Source of the DNA: a phage
Reading direction: 5' to 3' (one strand)
NCBI GenBank assembly: GCA_026188615.1
Contig: GCA_026188615.1_4525.1
DNA length: 64,000 nt
In this document: piece after piece, positions 9,628 through 20,540 of the stretch
Layout of the letters: the number at the start of each line of letters is the position of its first letter
How positions within the stretch are numbered: position 1 is the stretch's first letter
Notes under the pieces: model-generated
Databases searched by the model: none
What the model saw: the letters and a program-made list of their open reading frames with translations, nothing else
What the model was told of the DNA's origin: nothing
Position numbers and translations under genes: made by a program

Positions 9628-9807
9628 TTATGCAACAACCTTTCCAAAACGAGAAGCATCATCTCGAAGAACTGCACGTGCTCTGCGCATGATCTTCTCA
9701 ACTGTTTGATTAATACGAGAGTTCGACCCACGCTTGTATCCAGCGCGTTTAGAGGTACCATCAACTTTCTTTTCAACTGCTTTCTTTGCTTTAGCTTGTT
9801 TTGCCAT
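9628..9807 (-). CDS. small basic Lys/Arg-rich protein, 59 aa (30.9 position); not in supplied ORF track
   Basis: Hand-translated: MAKQAKAKKAVEKKVDGTSKRAGYKRGSNSRINQTVEKIMRRARAVLRDDASRFGKVVA, stop TAA at 9628..9630; ninth ORF between gene 30 and rIII. Confidence 0.45.
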   Translation of the reverse strand: MAKQAKAKKAVEKKVDGTSKRAGYKRGSNSRINQTVEKIMRRARAVLRDDASRFGKVVA

Positions 9808-10070
9808 TATAAATTCTCTTTAAATGAAAATGCAGGACTTATTGACATTGCCTGCGCAAGCCCTCAAGGGGAACATAGGTTTTGGATATTTAACGACAGG
9901 ATAACCATAAACCCGTCATCATACCAACCACGACTTAGACAGATAACCTTTTTCTGACGCGTGATAGTACAAAATACATTCAAGAGGTACACCGTAAAAC
10001 TGCCGGGGACTTAAAACTATAATGATTCGCAAATCATTAATCAGACAGTTCGACGGCTCCTCGATTTAAC

Positions 10071-10319
10071 TTACTTTAGGGTAATAACAAAATGACGTAC
10101 TGCTTTACGAGCTGCAGAAGCCAAAGGCTTAGCATATTTCAGTTCATCTTTTGCTTCCAGTTCAGAGGCCAAAGCTGCCTGGACCGGGTTCAGATGTTTG
10201 AAATATCGCAGGATTTCAAGAGCTTCGGCTTCAACATCGATAGATGCGCCATAGTTTTCGTGACCATTATTCCATGCGTTACGTTGCAGTTCAAGAGCGT
10301 GTTGTAATTGTTTAATCAT
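10071..10319 (-). CDS. rIII: rIII lysis-inhibition accessory protein
   Basis: 82 aa, same as T4 RIII; directly downstream of gene 31. Confidence 0.85.
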   Translation of the reverse strand: MIKQLQHALELQRNAWNNGHENYGASIDVEAEALEILRYFKHLNPVQAALASELEAKDELKYAKPLASAARKAVRHFVITLK

Positions 10320-10435
10320 TTTAAATTCTCAATTCGAGATAATATTTAGTAGCCACGTTCGTCTGAATTTCACCTTCTTTCGACAAGTCTCTCAGTTGTA
10401 GGCTACCGCTTAGAAGAGTGTTCTCTTCATATAGT

Positions 10436-10443
10436 TATTTATA
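10436..10443 (-). promoter_or_regulatory. T4 late promoter TATAAATA (minus strand) between gene 31 and rIII
   Basis: Exact TATTTATA on plus strand = TATAAATA on minus. Confidence 0.5.
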
Positions 10444-10776
10444 TCACTTATAAAGACACGGAATAGCTTTATAATGGCATGTTACGAATTTCTGTTTAAT
10501 TTCTTTAGGTTGTTTAAGTCCCAAAGCCACAAATGGATGTGGAACATTTCGAATTTGTCCAACTGGTAGTGGAGTCAAATCACCGACTTCAACAAAACCT
10601 TCAGGAACATCAGGACCTACAGAATGAACTACACATAGTTCAGGAACTTCACCTTGAACACGTTTACCAATCACAAGTCCTGATTCGGTAACTTCTTCAT
10701 CACCTGCTTGAGCGGGTTCAGAAACCAGAATGACATATTCACCAACAGCACGAATTGGGAGTTGTACTTCAGACAT
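10444..10776 (-). CDS. 31: gp31 co-chaperonin (GroES analogue)
   Basis: 110 aa; near-identical to recalled T4 gp31 ([34 protein letters not shown]...[15 protein letters not shown]). Confidence 0.95.
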   Translation of the reverse strand: MSEVQLPIRAVGEYVILVSEPAQAGDEEVTESGLVIGKRVQGEVPELCVVHSVGPDVPEGFVEVGDLTPLPVGQIRNVPHPFVALGLKQPKEIKQKFVTCHYKAIPCLYK

Positions 10777-10833
10777 CTTATTTCCTTGTTGTTTGACGAT
10801 AGATTAATAATACCATACTATTCGTAAAGCATA

Positions 10834-11142
10834 TTACATAAGAAGCAAACGTTCTACCGGAGTACCATCAACCGAAATTACTTTATCAAGGCGGAAAGAA
10901 CGCCACTGACCTAACTTGGTATCGAATGCTCGAACTGATTCACGAGGTTCAGAACGAACTTCTGTTGCCGGATTGTTATTTTCATATTTGACTTCAAGTT
11001 CATCGCGAGAAGCAAACATAGTGCGTACCTCACCGTTAGCCTTTTCAAATACAACACAATGAACGCCTACAGACAGAATAGTTTTAATACGTTCACGAAG
11101 AACCATAGTCTCTTGTTCAGTTAAAATCATATTATTCACCAC
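10834..11142 (-). CDS. hypothetical protein (31.1 position)
   Basis: 102-aa ORF between cd and gene 31. Confidence 0.5.
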   Translation of the reverse strand: MVNNMILTEQETMVLRERIKTILSVGVHCVVFEKANGEVRTMFASRDELEVKYENNNPATEVRSEPRESVRAFDTKLGQWRSFRLDKVISVDGTPVERLLLM

Positions 11143-11713
11143 AAAAGTTTCGGATTTGTTCCCAATTCAGAGAACGAAGATTATTACGAGAGTACTGAAT
11201 TACTTCAATACCGGCTTGTTTTAGAATGTCTGCCCAATTTTCAGGAGATCTGTCATATAATTCTGCGTATACAACCTTTTTAATACCTGACTGTGTAATA
11301 GCTTTAGTGCAATCAGGACACGGAGAAAGCGTCGTATATAACGTAGCACCTTCAATAGAATTACCTTTACGAGCTGCAAACAAAATTGCATTCAATTCAG
11401 CATGGATTTCGTTATTAGCAGACCATGCACTATGAGCGGCCCGATGTTCTTTAGCCAAAACAAAATTATCCACCCGTCCAAATGCTGTAGTGCCTTCTTT
11501 ATGCCCAGCAACGATGACCGGGCTTGGTTTATTCTTCAACCAACCGTTTTCGGATGCATGTTCGCAACAGTTTGTACCACCTGAAGGAGAGCCATTATAA
11601 CCTGTAGAAATAATGCGTCCATCTTTTTCAATGACGGCGCCAACTTTCCATGAACAACATTTTGATTCTTGAGAAATCAGATATGCAATCTGAAGGTATG
11701 TGCTAGCTTTCAT
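11132..11713 (-). CDS. cd: dCMP deaminase
   Basis: 193 aa = T4 Cd length; zinc-binding deaminase motifs HAELNAI and SPCPDCTKAI. Confidence 0.9.
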   Translation of the reverse strand: MKASTYLQIAYLISQESKCCSWKVGAVIEKDGRIISTGYNGSPSGGTNCCEHASENGWLKNKPSPVIVAGHKEGTTAFGRVDNFVLAKEHRAAHSAWSANNEIHAELNAILFAARKGNSIEGATLYTTLSPCPDCTKAITQSGIKKVVYAELYDRSPENWADILKQAGIEVIQYSRNNLRSLNWEQIRNFCGE

Positions 11714-12705
11714 TATTGAACCTTATTAATATAAGTTAACAGCTCTTTAGTTTGTTCCCAACTGATGCACGCATCGGTAACGGAAACGCCATAGGACATA
11801 TTATCAGAAATTTTTTGATTTCCTTCATGTAGGAACGATTCTATCATAATTCCTTTGACCAAATCATTAGCTGCTAAATTTTTACCAATACCAATTTGAT
11901 TGCTATAATGCCCATCAGCGTTTGCATGGCTACAGTCAACCATTACATAATGATTCAGACCTACTGCCCTTGCTTTGTTAGAAGCTTCTTGAATATCAGA
12001 AGAATGATAGTTCGGGCCGTTGGTCCCGCCACGCAATACGATATGCGTATTCTGATTACCTTCAGCTTCAACAATGCCTACAGTACCATCGACGTCCATA
12101 CCCATATACCGATGAGGCCAGGCGGCACTATACATCGCGTCTGTAGCTACTTTAATAGAACCATTGGTTGCGTTCTTGAAGCCTACGCACATCGGTAGAC
12201 CTGAAGCAATTTCACGATGTGTCTGACTTTCAGTCGTACGGGCGCCAATAGCAACCCATGAGAAAATACCAGAAAGATACTTAATCGTGAATGGGTCTAA
12301 TACTTCAGTTGCTAATGGAAGTCCCATACGTAGAAGTTTACGACACAATGTTCGTGCAACTATAAGACCGTGGTTCATATCAAAACTTCCGTCAAGATAT
12401 GGATCATTTACAAGACCTTTCCAACCTACGGTAGTTCGAGGCTTTTCAAAATAAACGCGCATCACTAACAGAACATTAGGAAGACGAGTTTGAAGTTCAG
12501 CCAGGCGTTTGCCGTATTCAACAGCAGCAATAGGGTCATGAATTGAACAAGGACCTACAACGATAAGTTTGCGTGGGTCTTCACCATTCATAATCGAATT
12601 AACTTGTTCGCGATGAGAAGCCACTTGTGATGCGTAAGCTTCCGACAAAGGAATAATCTCAGCCAGTTCTTTTGGAGAAATAAGTTTTCCGACGACAGGT
12701 AACAT
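11713..12705 (-). CDS. 3-deoxy-D-arabino-heptulosonate-7-phosphate (DAHP) synthase, class I (AroG/AroF/AroH-like)
   Basis: 330 aa; long colinear matches to recalled E. coli AroG: GPCSIHD, MRVYFEKPRTTVGWKGL, GARTTESQ.HRE.ASGL, VGFKN, LRGG, ESFLHEGNQ, TDACI. Confidence 0.85.
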   Translation of the reverse strand: MLPVVGKLISPKELAEIIPLSEAYASQVASHREQVNSIMNGEDPRKLIVVGPCSIHDPIAAVEYGKRLAELQTRLPNVLLVMRVYFEKPRTTVGWKGLVNDPYLDGSFDMNHGLIVARTLCRKLLRMGLPLATEVLDPFTIKYLSGIFSWVAIGARTTESQTHREIASGLPMCVGFKNATNGSIKVATDAMYSAAWPHRYMGMDVDGTVGIVEAEGNQNTHIVLRGGTNGPNYHSSDIQEASNKARAVGLNHYVMVDCSHANADGHYSNQIGIGKNLAANDLVKGIMIESFLHEGNQKISDNMSYGVSVTDACISWEQTKELLTYINKVQ

Positions 12706-12713
12706 AACAATCC

Positions 12714-12902
12714 TTAGGAGATATAAACAGATTCTGATTCAACAATACCTTTAACCGGATTAGACAGGCTAAGTTGGTAGTGCTCAGATTTATGACCATT
12801 CTCGATAGTAATGAGAGCTATCTCATTATAGTGTTCCATATACTCGAGTTGCTTCAACAAGACCATCACTGCATAATTTAAGATTAGTAATTTGGTCACC
12901 AT
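12714..12902 (-). CDS. hypothetical small protein (cd.x cluster); true start probably internal Met
   Basis: 62-aa ORF; overlaps next ORF. Confidence 0.3.
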   Translation of the reverse strand: MVTKLLILNYAVMVLLKQLEYMEHYNEIALITIENGHKSEHYQLSLSNPVKGIVESESVYIS

Positions 12903-13062
12903 CTTTAGGATTAACGATTATGAGAAAAGAACGTGGAGATTCTTGAATAACTCGTAATGTTGCATCTTGGAAACGTTCAGACACTTTATTGATGAGTGCT
13001 TGAGCAAATTCTTTTACTTTAATCTGAAATTCGTGTACTGTAATTGGGTTTTCACTTAGCAT
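12826..13062 (-). CDS. hypothetical small protein (cd.x cluster)
   Basis: 78-aa ORF preceded by early promoter-like element near 13080..13125. Confidence 0.4.
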   Translation of the reverse strand: MLSENPITVHEFQIKVKEFAQALINKVSERFQDATLRVIQESPRSFLIIVNPKDGDQITNLKLCSDGLVEATRVYGTL

Positions 13063-13122
13063 TTCTATTTCCTCATTTGTTGGTAGAGTTATAGTATCAC
13101 AACTCCACCATGTTGTAAACCA

Positions 13123-13398
13123 TTAAATTGCTTTGCATTCAATTTTTTGTGTACCGAAATTGATATCACATTGGATAACTAAATCGCCGTCAAGATCAAA
13201 TACCACGATGACGTGTGCAGACCCAGGGAGAAGAGTAATAGCAATAGAATCTACTTGGTCTGGGAGCAAAGCATTGAGTACATGAGTTACTTGAGCATGA
13301 ACTCTGAGTTCGGCTGCGTTATCAAGCACTTCAAACATATTATTAGCAATAATCTGACTGAAGACTACCTTTACAATTTCAGAATAAGTTGGGAACAT
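13123..13398 (-). CDS. hypothetical small protein (cd.x cluster)
   Basis: 91-aa ORF. Confidence 0.4.
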   Translation of the reverse strand: MFPTYSEIVKVVFSQIIANNMFEVLDNAAELRVHAQVTHVLNALLPDQVDSIAITLLPGSAHVIVVFDLDGDLVIQCDINFGTQKIECKAI

Positions 13399-13405
13399 AA
13401 TTACC

Positions 13406-13630
13406 TCAGTGCACAGTATTTACTTTAACTCGAACAACAAATCGCTCGGTTGGTTCACCTACAGGAACAAACTCTACATGATATTCACCTTTGTAACGAG
13501 TATTCAGATCATTACGAATTCCTGCGAGTTTGTTGATTAATGTAGGACTCATATTAAGTCCCACTAGTTTACGAAGCATTTTGTATGCTTCATCTTCGAT
13601 TTCATGATGTTTATCGTACATAGTTTTCAT
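13406..13630 (-). CDS. hypothetical small protein (cd.x cluster)
   Basis: 74-aa ORF. Confidence 0.4.
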   Translation of the reverse strand: MKTMYDKHHEIEDEAYKMLRKLVGLNMSPTLINKLAGIRNDLNTRYKGEYHVEFVPVGEPTERFVVRVKVNTVH

Positions 13631-13802
13631 TTAACCATTCAATTGCCTGGTCGACGTTATCAAATATACCGCCGTCCAAACGTTCTTCATGCTCATAGTC
13701 CAGCACATCAATACCGAACTGTCCATTTACTAAAGGCCAGGCAACAAACAAATATTCTTTATGCTGTTCGATGGCCTCAATCACTTCATATAATCGTTTC
13801 AT
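13611..13802 (-). CDS. hypothetical small protein directly downstream of pseT
   Basis: 63-aa ORF, start overlaps pseT stop. Confidence 0.4.
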   Translation of the reverse strand: MKRLYEVIEAIEQHKEYLFVAWPLVNGQFGIDVLDYEHEERLDGGIFDNVDQAIEWLNENYVR

Positions 13803-14889
<1,087 letters not shown>

Positions 14890-14890
<1 letters not shown>

Positions 14891-15189
14891 TATTTGATTC
14901 CTAAGAAAGCTTCAAGAATACGAATGTTGAGTTCGCGCCGGTCTTTATTAATTTCAGCAACGTTTTTATTAATTGACGTACTTCTAACGTTTGAAGAAAT
15001 AAATTTAATCATATGACTTTTGAGTTGTTGCAAATCCAACCCTTTTTCTTTAGCAGCTTTACGAAGAGCTTTACCTGCTTCATCTAGTGCCTTTGCTGCA
15101 TCTTTGTCATAATCTACAAGTGTCATTCCACGGCAGATATCAATATACTCATCAGACCGTTTGATGTAATTCTCTAGTAATGTTTTCAT
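14890..15189 (-). CDS. hypothetical small protein
   Basis: 99-aa ORF preceded by early promoter 15216..15248. Confidence 0.45.
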
Positions 15190-15215
15190 TTAGATTTCCT
15201 CAATTATCCATAGGA

Positions 15216-15248
15216 GCATTATACTCTGCTCCCGAGAGTTTGTAAACT
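15216..15248 (-). promoter_or_regulatory. T4 early-type promoter (-35 TTTACA, 17-bp spacer, -10 TATAAT) with dyad GGAGCA/TGCTCC flanking the -10
   Basis: Minus strand: TTTACA at 15241..15246, TATAAT at 15218..15223. Confidence 0.55.
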
Positions 15249-15471
15249 ATTTTACTAAAGATTCAATATACTCATGAAGAGCTTTAGTCGCTACTGCCCA
15301 CTTATTCTGATATTCATTTTTCAGATTAGCACGAGACTGAACTAACAAGCGGTCATTAGTCGGAGGCAAAGATTCTAATCGTTGAATCTGGCGTCCATAA
15401 ATCATAGCCGCCATTTCAGATTCATAGATAAGCCCTTTAATGTATTCATGCTGTTCTTTAGTCATTGGCAT
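15247..15471 (-). CDS. hypothetical small protein (pseT.1-like position)
   Basis: 74-aa ORF. Confidence 0.4.
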   Translation of the reverse strand: MPMTKEQHEYIKGLIYESEMAAMIYGRQIQRLESLPPTNDRLLVQSRANLKNEYQNKWAVATKALHEYIESLVK

Positions 15472-15752
15472 TTTTCCTCTTTTAAACCACTACGATAATA
15501 ACATAACATAGTCTTCTGGTCATGTATATATCTTTTTACGTCGTTTAACCAGATACGAAATTCTTGAGAGTCTTCAAATGGCATTCCAACCCACGGATTA
15601 CCATCAATAACCTTTACTTGCCATTTCTGGTTGTATTCGGAAATAGGCGTAGGCCATGAAGGATGTAAAGTTTCTTTAGGGCTTACTGGCACATCCTGAG
15701 TACATCCAACTAGGAGACCAATAGATAATACAGCCACAGTTAATTTAATCAT
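15462..15752 (-). CDS. outer-membrane spanin lipoprotein (o-spanin, pseT.2-like)
   Basis: Signal peptide plus lipobox (LLVGC) at N-terminus; adjacent to and overlapping i-spanin; T4 spanins lie between alc and pseT. Confidence 0.65.
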   Translation of the reverse strand: MIKLTVAVLSIGLLVGCTQDVPVSPKETLHPSWPTPISEYNQKWQVKVIDGNPWVGMPFEDSQEFRIWLNDVKRYIHDQKTMLCYYRSGLKEEKCQ

Positions 15753-16105
15753 TCTGAGAGCTTCCTGAGGTCTTCTGCAAAGGAATCGAAGGACCTGTTG
15801 ATTTGTTTTTCGACCAATCCTGGCTTACTTGCCACCACGTTCTTCTTCTTCGAATCCTTACGGAGCTTTTCATTTTCAGCCTTAAGTTGGTCAACTAAAA
15901 CACGGTTCTTATAAGTCATTTCTTCGATTGACTGATATTGAATCTTGAAGTCGTCTAATACTTTAGCATTGTTTTTAGCAGTCTCTTTAACAGAAGCCAA
16001 TTCAGTATTCAGCGAATCGACTTTATGGTTCAGAAATGCTATTGTTACAGTAGCAACAACTGCAAAAGCTGCCACTACAATATATGATGCATTTACTTTA
16101 AGCAT
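15749..16105 (-). CDS. inner-membrane spanin (i-spanin, pseT.3-like)
   Basis: N-terminal TM helix (YIVVAAFAVVATVTIAFL) followed by coiled-coil-like charged region; paired with lipoprotein. Confidence 0.6.
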   Translation of the reverse strand: MLKVNASYIVVAAFAVVATVTIAFLNHKVDSLNTELASVKETAKNNAKVLDDFKIQYQSIEEMTYKNRVLVDQLKAENEKLRKDSKKKNVVASKPGLVEKQINRSFDSFAEDLRKLSE

Positions 16106-16593
16106 GTTTGAATAATCTCAATGATTTCGTCTCGGGATAATCCATTGATAAGAACTGTTTTAGGCCCGTCAGTTTGGATTTTGTATGATTCAAACAATAC
16201 ACACAACTCTTCTGCTGTATGATATGGGCTTGAGATTCCGAGACGGTTGAATTTGTCGGTAAGAGGGTCGCAAATAATATAGAATTTGATACCTGCGATA
16301 TGTACGTTTGGTTGACTAATATTAATGAACACATTAGCGTCATATTTAGTCAAATTGTTTTGAAGAAATTCTACCATAGAATTAACTGCTTCTGGCATCG
16401 CTTCGCGTTTCTCTTCAGCGTATCGGGTTGAATACTCTTTTTGTTTTACTTTCTTTTTAAGATTTTTGGCCAGTGTAACACGTAGGTCAGTAAGATAACC
16501 AACTGGACGTCCTTTCTTAAAGACCCGGATTCCGTCAGTTGTGTCTCCAAAAGCGTTTACGACCATATCGTTAGTAATCAATTGCATATTCAT
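16093..16593 (-). CDS. alc: putative Alc (host transcription unfolder/elongation inhibitor)
   Basis: 167 aa from internal Met (same as T4 Alc length); position between rnlA and spanins; assignment by synteny and length only. Confidence 0.5.
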   Translation of the reverse strand: MNMQLITNDMVVNAFGDTTDGIRVFKKGRPVGYLTDLRVTLAKNLKKKVKQKEYSTRYAEEKREAMPEAVNSMVEFLQNNLTKYDANVFINISQPNVHIAGIKFYIICDPLTDKFNRLGISSPYHTAEELCVLFESYKIQTDGPKTVLINGLSRDEIIEIIQTCLK

Positions 16594-16621
16594 AATTTTC
16601 TCCTCGTGTTGTTGATAAACC

Positions 16622-16654
16622 CATAGTATCACCATCCTTGGTGTTTGTAAACCG
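16622..16654 (-). promoter_or_regulatory. T4 early-type promoter (-35 TTTACA, -10 TACTAT)
   Basis: Minus strand: TTTACA 16647..16652, TACTAT 16624..16629, 17-bp spacer. Confidence 0.5.
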
Positions 16655-17788
<1,134 letters not shown>

Positions 17789-17834
17789 TCAGTTAGTTTT
17801 TTTAAATTGTACCACAATCCTTGTGGTATGTAAA

Positions 17835-18245
17835 CTACTTTTTCTTATGTTGGATATTCCAAGGCGGGTTGAACTTTTTGATAAAAAGTGGTTCTTCAAG
17901 GTCCATTGTTGCGATGGTCATTGAACCAAGTTCGTTGGTGACTGAAAGGTCAAAACATTGGCGGGCCCAGAATTCAACCTTTTTGCCTTGCATTAAGGCA
18001 TCCAAAATCATAAGTGATTTTCTTGAATCTGAAGTCTGGTCTTTTCGATTTATGGCTGTTCGATAATAGTTAATGCGTTTCTTTAAATTCTTGGTTTTAC
18101 CAATATACACAAGTTCGTCATCTATAGCAATAGCGTATATGACATTTTTCTTATTAGGGACATCAACTGTTTTAATTGTTGCATCTTCTAATAGCTCCAA
18201 TTCTGTATATTTAATAAAGGAATATTCGGCGGCAATATCTTTCAT
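17835..18245 (-). CDS. denA: endonuclease II (GIY-YIG family)
   Basis: 136 aa = T4 EndoII; GIY-YIG-like YAIAIDDELVYIGKT motif; position between rnlA and nrdB. Confidence 0.8.
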   Translation of the reverse strand: MKDIAAEYSFIKYTELELLEDATIKTVDVPNKKNVIYAIAIDDELVYIGKTKNLKKRINYYRTAINRKDQTSDSRKSLMILDALMQGKKVEFWARQCFDLSVTNELGSMTIATMDLEEPLFIKKFNPPWNIQHKKK

Positions 18246-18253
18246 AATAAAGT

Positions 18254-18267
18254 GGGACCGAAGTCCC
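18254..18267 (-). terminator. hairpin GGGAC-UUCG-GUCCC on minus-strand transcript between nrdB and denA
   Basis: 5-bp GC stem with CGAA loop on plus strand. Confidence 0.4.
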
Positions 18268-18271
18268 GTCC

Positions 18272-18772
18272 TTAGAAATATTTTTTGTATGAATTGATTA
18301 CATTTTGGTCTACATCATTATCAATTTGTGCGACAAGATAAGAACTGATTTCAACTTCCTGAGGAGCTGCTTGAACTAAATCAGAGTTCAGATATTCACG
18401 AATCCATGGAATAGGATGACGAGTTGATACGTCTTTAAGAGGACATGGCAGACCACAACTACGCATACGAGACACGGTAAGATAATCCACAAATTCACTT
18501 AGGATTTTAACATTTAGACCTGGAAGAGCACCATCTTTAAACAAGTGTTCAGCCCATTCTTTTTCTTGAGCGTTAACTTCCATGAAAATATCAACTGCTT
18601 CTTGTTCACACTCTTGAGCAATTTTGACCCATTCATCACCGTCTTCGCCATCTTGTAAAGCACGAATAATATATTGAGTGCCCTTAAGGTGGAGCTGTTC
18701 ATCACGAGCAATGAACTTCATAATCTTGGCATTACCTTCCATGATTTCCATGTTCTTATGGAAGTTAAAGGT
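18272..18772 (-). CDS. nrdB: ribonucleotide reductase small subunit NrdB, exon 2 (5' boundary approximate)
   Basis: Translation matches recalled E. coli NrdB region MEGNAKI..IARDE.LHL.GTQ...PIPWI...SYLV.QID; interrupted from exon 1 by ~1.1 kb intron. Confidence 0.8.
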   Translation of the reverse strand, partial: TFNFHKNMEIMEGNAKIMKFIARDEQLHLKGTQYIIRALQDGEDGDEWVKIAQECEQEAVDIFMEVNAQEKEWAEHLFKDGALPGLNVKILSEFVDYLTVSRMRSCGLPCPLKDVSTRHPIPWIREYLNSDLVQAAPQEVEISSYLVAQIDNDVDQNVINSYKKYF

Positions 18773-19865
18773 ACCGTATGTTCGATTGAGCTCGCTAATT
18801 CTCAACCCGTTCTCTTATGAACTGCTGCATGTTACCATGCAGTCCAGACTATATCACAATCCCGGAGGGATTCTCCCCATTTCGAGTCGCTTGACCCTAC
18901 GTCCGAAGACTAGTCGTTGAACCTTGCTTTGCAATTGTCGCCGTGCCATCGTTTATATGTTGATGGTGATAAATCTTTCTTATCACAATATGGACAATTC
19001 AATTGAATTCTATTTGGATTTAATTTACATCTGTCATTATGTTTTAGATAAAATCCAGGACCTTTACCAATGTGACCACAGAAATCACATGTGATTTCTT
19101 TTTGTGCAGGATGGGTCCCGTTCTTAACCATTTCTAATGTTTTTGCTGATGTTCTTTTCTTATGGTCTTCTGATAAGAAATGATGTGAACCGTCATTTAC
19201 CCGTTTTGATTGAGTTTCTGACTGCATTTTACCACCGCAAAATACATGAGTACCTTCTTTTATAGCTGCAATATTGCGTTCTTTAACTTTTGCAATATGC
19301 TCAGCTTGTTGAAAATTATGTATACCTAATGCAACTCTATTTAAATTAGATTTACGCTGTATTTCACCGTCTAAAAGATGAAATGTACCATTTTCTATCT
19401 TAGATTTAATAGAGGCAATATTTTTAGCTCGTACTTCAGGGATATTAAAAATCTGGATTTCTCTAGATTTTGCGGCTTTAGAAGCTAATTCAGAAATTTC
19501 TTCAGGAGAATATTTCATTCTAAGCTTTATAGCATGACAAGCCTGGTAATCTTTTTGAGCTAAATGTATATCATAATGTTCCTGTATAGAAAGGCACATC
19601 AAATTATCTAAATCATTATTTTCACGGTTACCGTCTTTATGATGGATTTCGTATGTTCTTCCATCAGAATCTTTAGGTATAGGTCCGTTAGCATCTATCC
19701 AAATTTTTCTATAGTTCAATTGTGCATCCTCTTAAAAGTATAATCATATTTATATTATACTAATTAAAGGTGCAAGCAAAACCTTGGCTGCTAGTTTTCC
19801 TATAAAGGACTTTCCAGCAATTAAAGGAGTTTTCGATAAACGTTACCGTTTAAAGGCGCATTTTA
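18773..19865 (-). mobile_element. group I self-splicing intron in nrdB carrying HNH homing endonuclease ORF (boundaries approximate)
   Basis: NrdB reading frame split into two ORFs; in-frame stop immediately after exon 1 (YVSFA-stop); intervening 269-aa HNH ORF; matches known T-even nrdB intron architecture. Confidence 0.75.
18910..19719 (-). CDS. I-TevIII: intron-encoded HNH homing endonuclease, I-TevIII-like (full length)
   Basis: 269 aa; HNH motif YEIHHKDGNRENNDLDNL near N-terminus, C-terminal Cys/His zinc-finger-like repeats. Confidence 0.8.
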   Translation of the reverse strand: MNYRKIWIDANGPIPKDSDGRTYEIHHKDGNRENNDLDNLMCLSIQEHYDIHLAQKDYQACHAIKLRMKYSPEEISELASKAAKSREIQIFNIPEVRAKNIASIKSKIENGTFHLLDGEIQRKSNLNRVALGIHNFQQAEHIAKVKERNIAAIKEGTHVFCGGKMQSETQSKRVNDGSHHFLSEDHKKRTSAKTLEMVKNGTHPAQKEITCDFCGHIGKGPGFYLKHNDRCKLNPNRIQLNCPYCDKKDLSPSTYKRWHGDNCKARFND

Positions 19866-20540
19866 CGCAAAAGATACATAAAAACGAATAGCTTCTAAGG
19901 CATTAATAACGTGCAAACAGAGGTAAAGAGACTTCATTAAAGCACGTTTAGCTTCGGCTTCTTGTTTAATAGCTCGGTTTAAACGAAAGTCGGCATCAGG
20001 AGATTCTTTAGCTAGTTCTACAAATTCCTTAGCGTTTTCCCAATAACGAGCTTTAACCAGAACATCATCATAATATCGTCCGATAGATTCGGCACGCTTC
20101 ATAATAGCTTCATCTAATACAATCTCATCAAACACCTTCGATGGATCTGTATAAAGATTTCGCATAATATGAGTATATGAACGAGAGTGAATAGTTTCAC
20201 TGAAAGTCCATGTAGCAACCCATGTATCTAATGAAGGGTCTGAAAGCAATGACATAAGTACCGCAGATGGTGCTCTACCTTGGATAGAATCTAATAATGA
20301 TTGATACTTAAGGTTGTTGGTAAAGATGTCCTGTTGGAACTGTGGAAGCTTATTAAACTGGGCCGAATCCAACATCAAGTTTACTTCCTCGGGACGCCAG
20401 AAAAAACTTAGCTGCCGCTCAATGAGTTCTTCAAAAACTTTATGACGCTGAATATCATAACGTGCGAGACCAAGACCAGAACCAAAGAACATTGGTTCGT
20501 TCAAAACATCGACTTGTTGTGTATTAAAAACTGTACTCAT
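19866..20540 (-). CDS. nrdB: ribonucleotide reductase small subunit NrdB, exon 1
   Basis: 225 aa N-terminal part ending ...EAIRFYVSFA as in recalled NrdB just before the intron. Confidence 0.8.

Noticed and set aside
9591-9776. 61-aa ORF from the supplied track
   Set aside because: Runs through the terminator hairpin and overlaps the better-supported 59-aa basic ORF in another frame; judged less plausible.
9813-10070. ~250-bp non-coding interval downstream of rIII as a possible small RNA gene
   Set aside because: Contains a short hairpin (AATGATT-TGCG-AATCATT) and promoter-like hexamers but no tRNA-like or other recognisable RNA structure by eye; more likely intergenic regulatory DNA.
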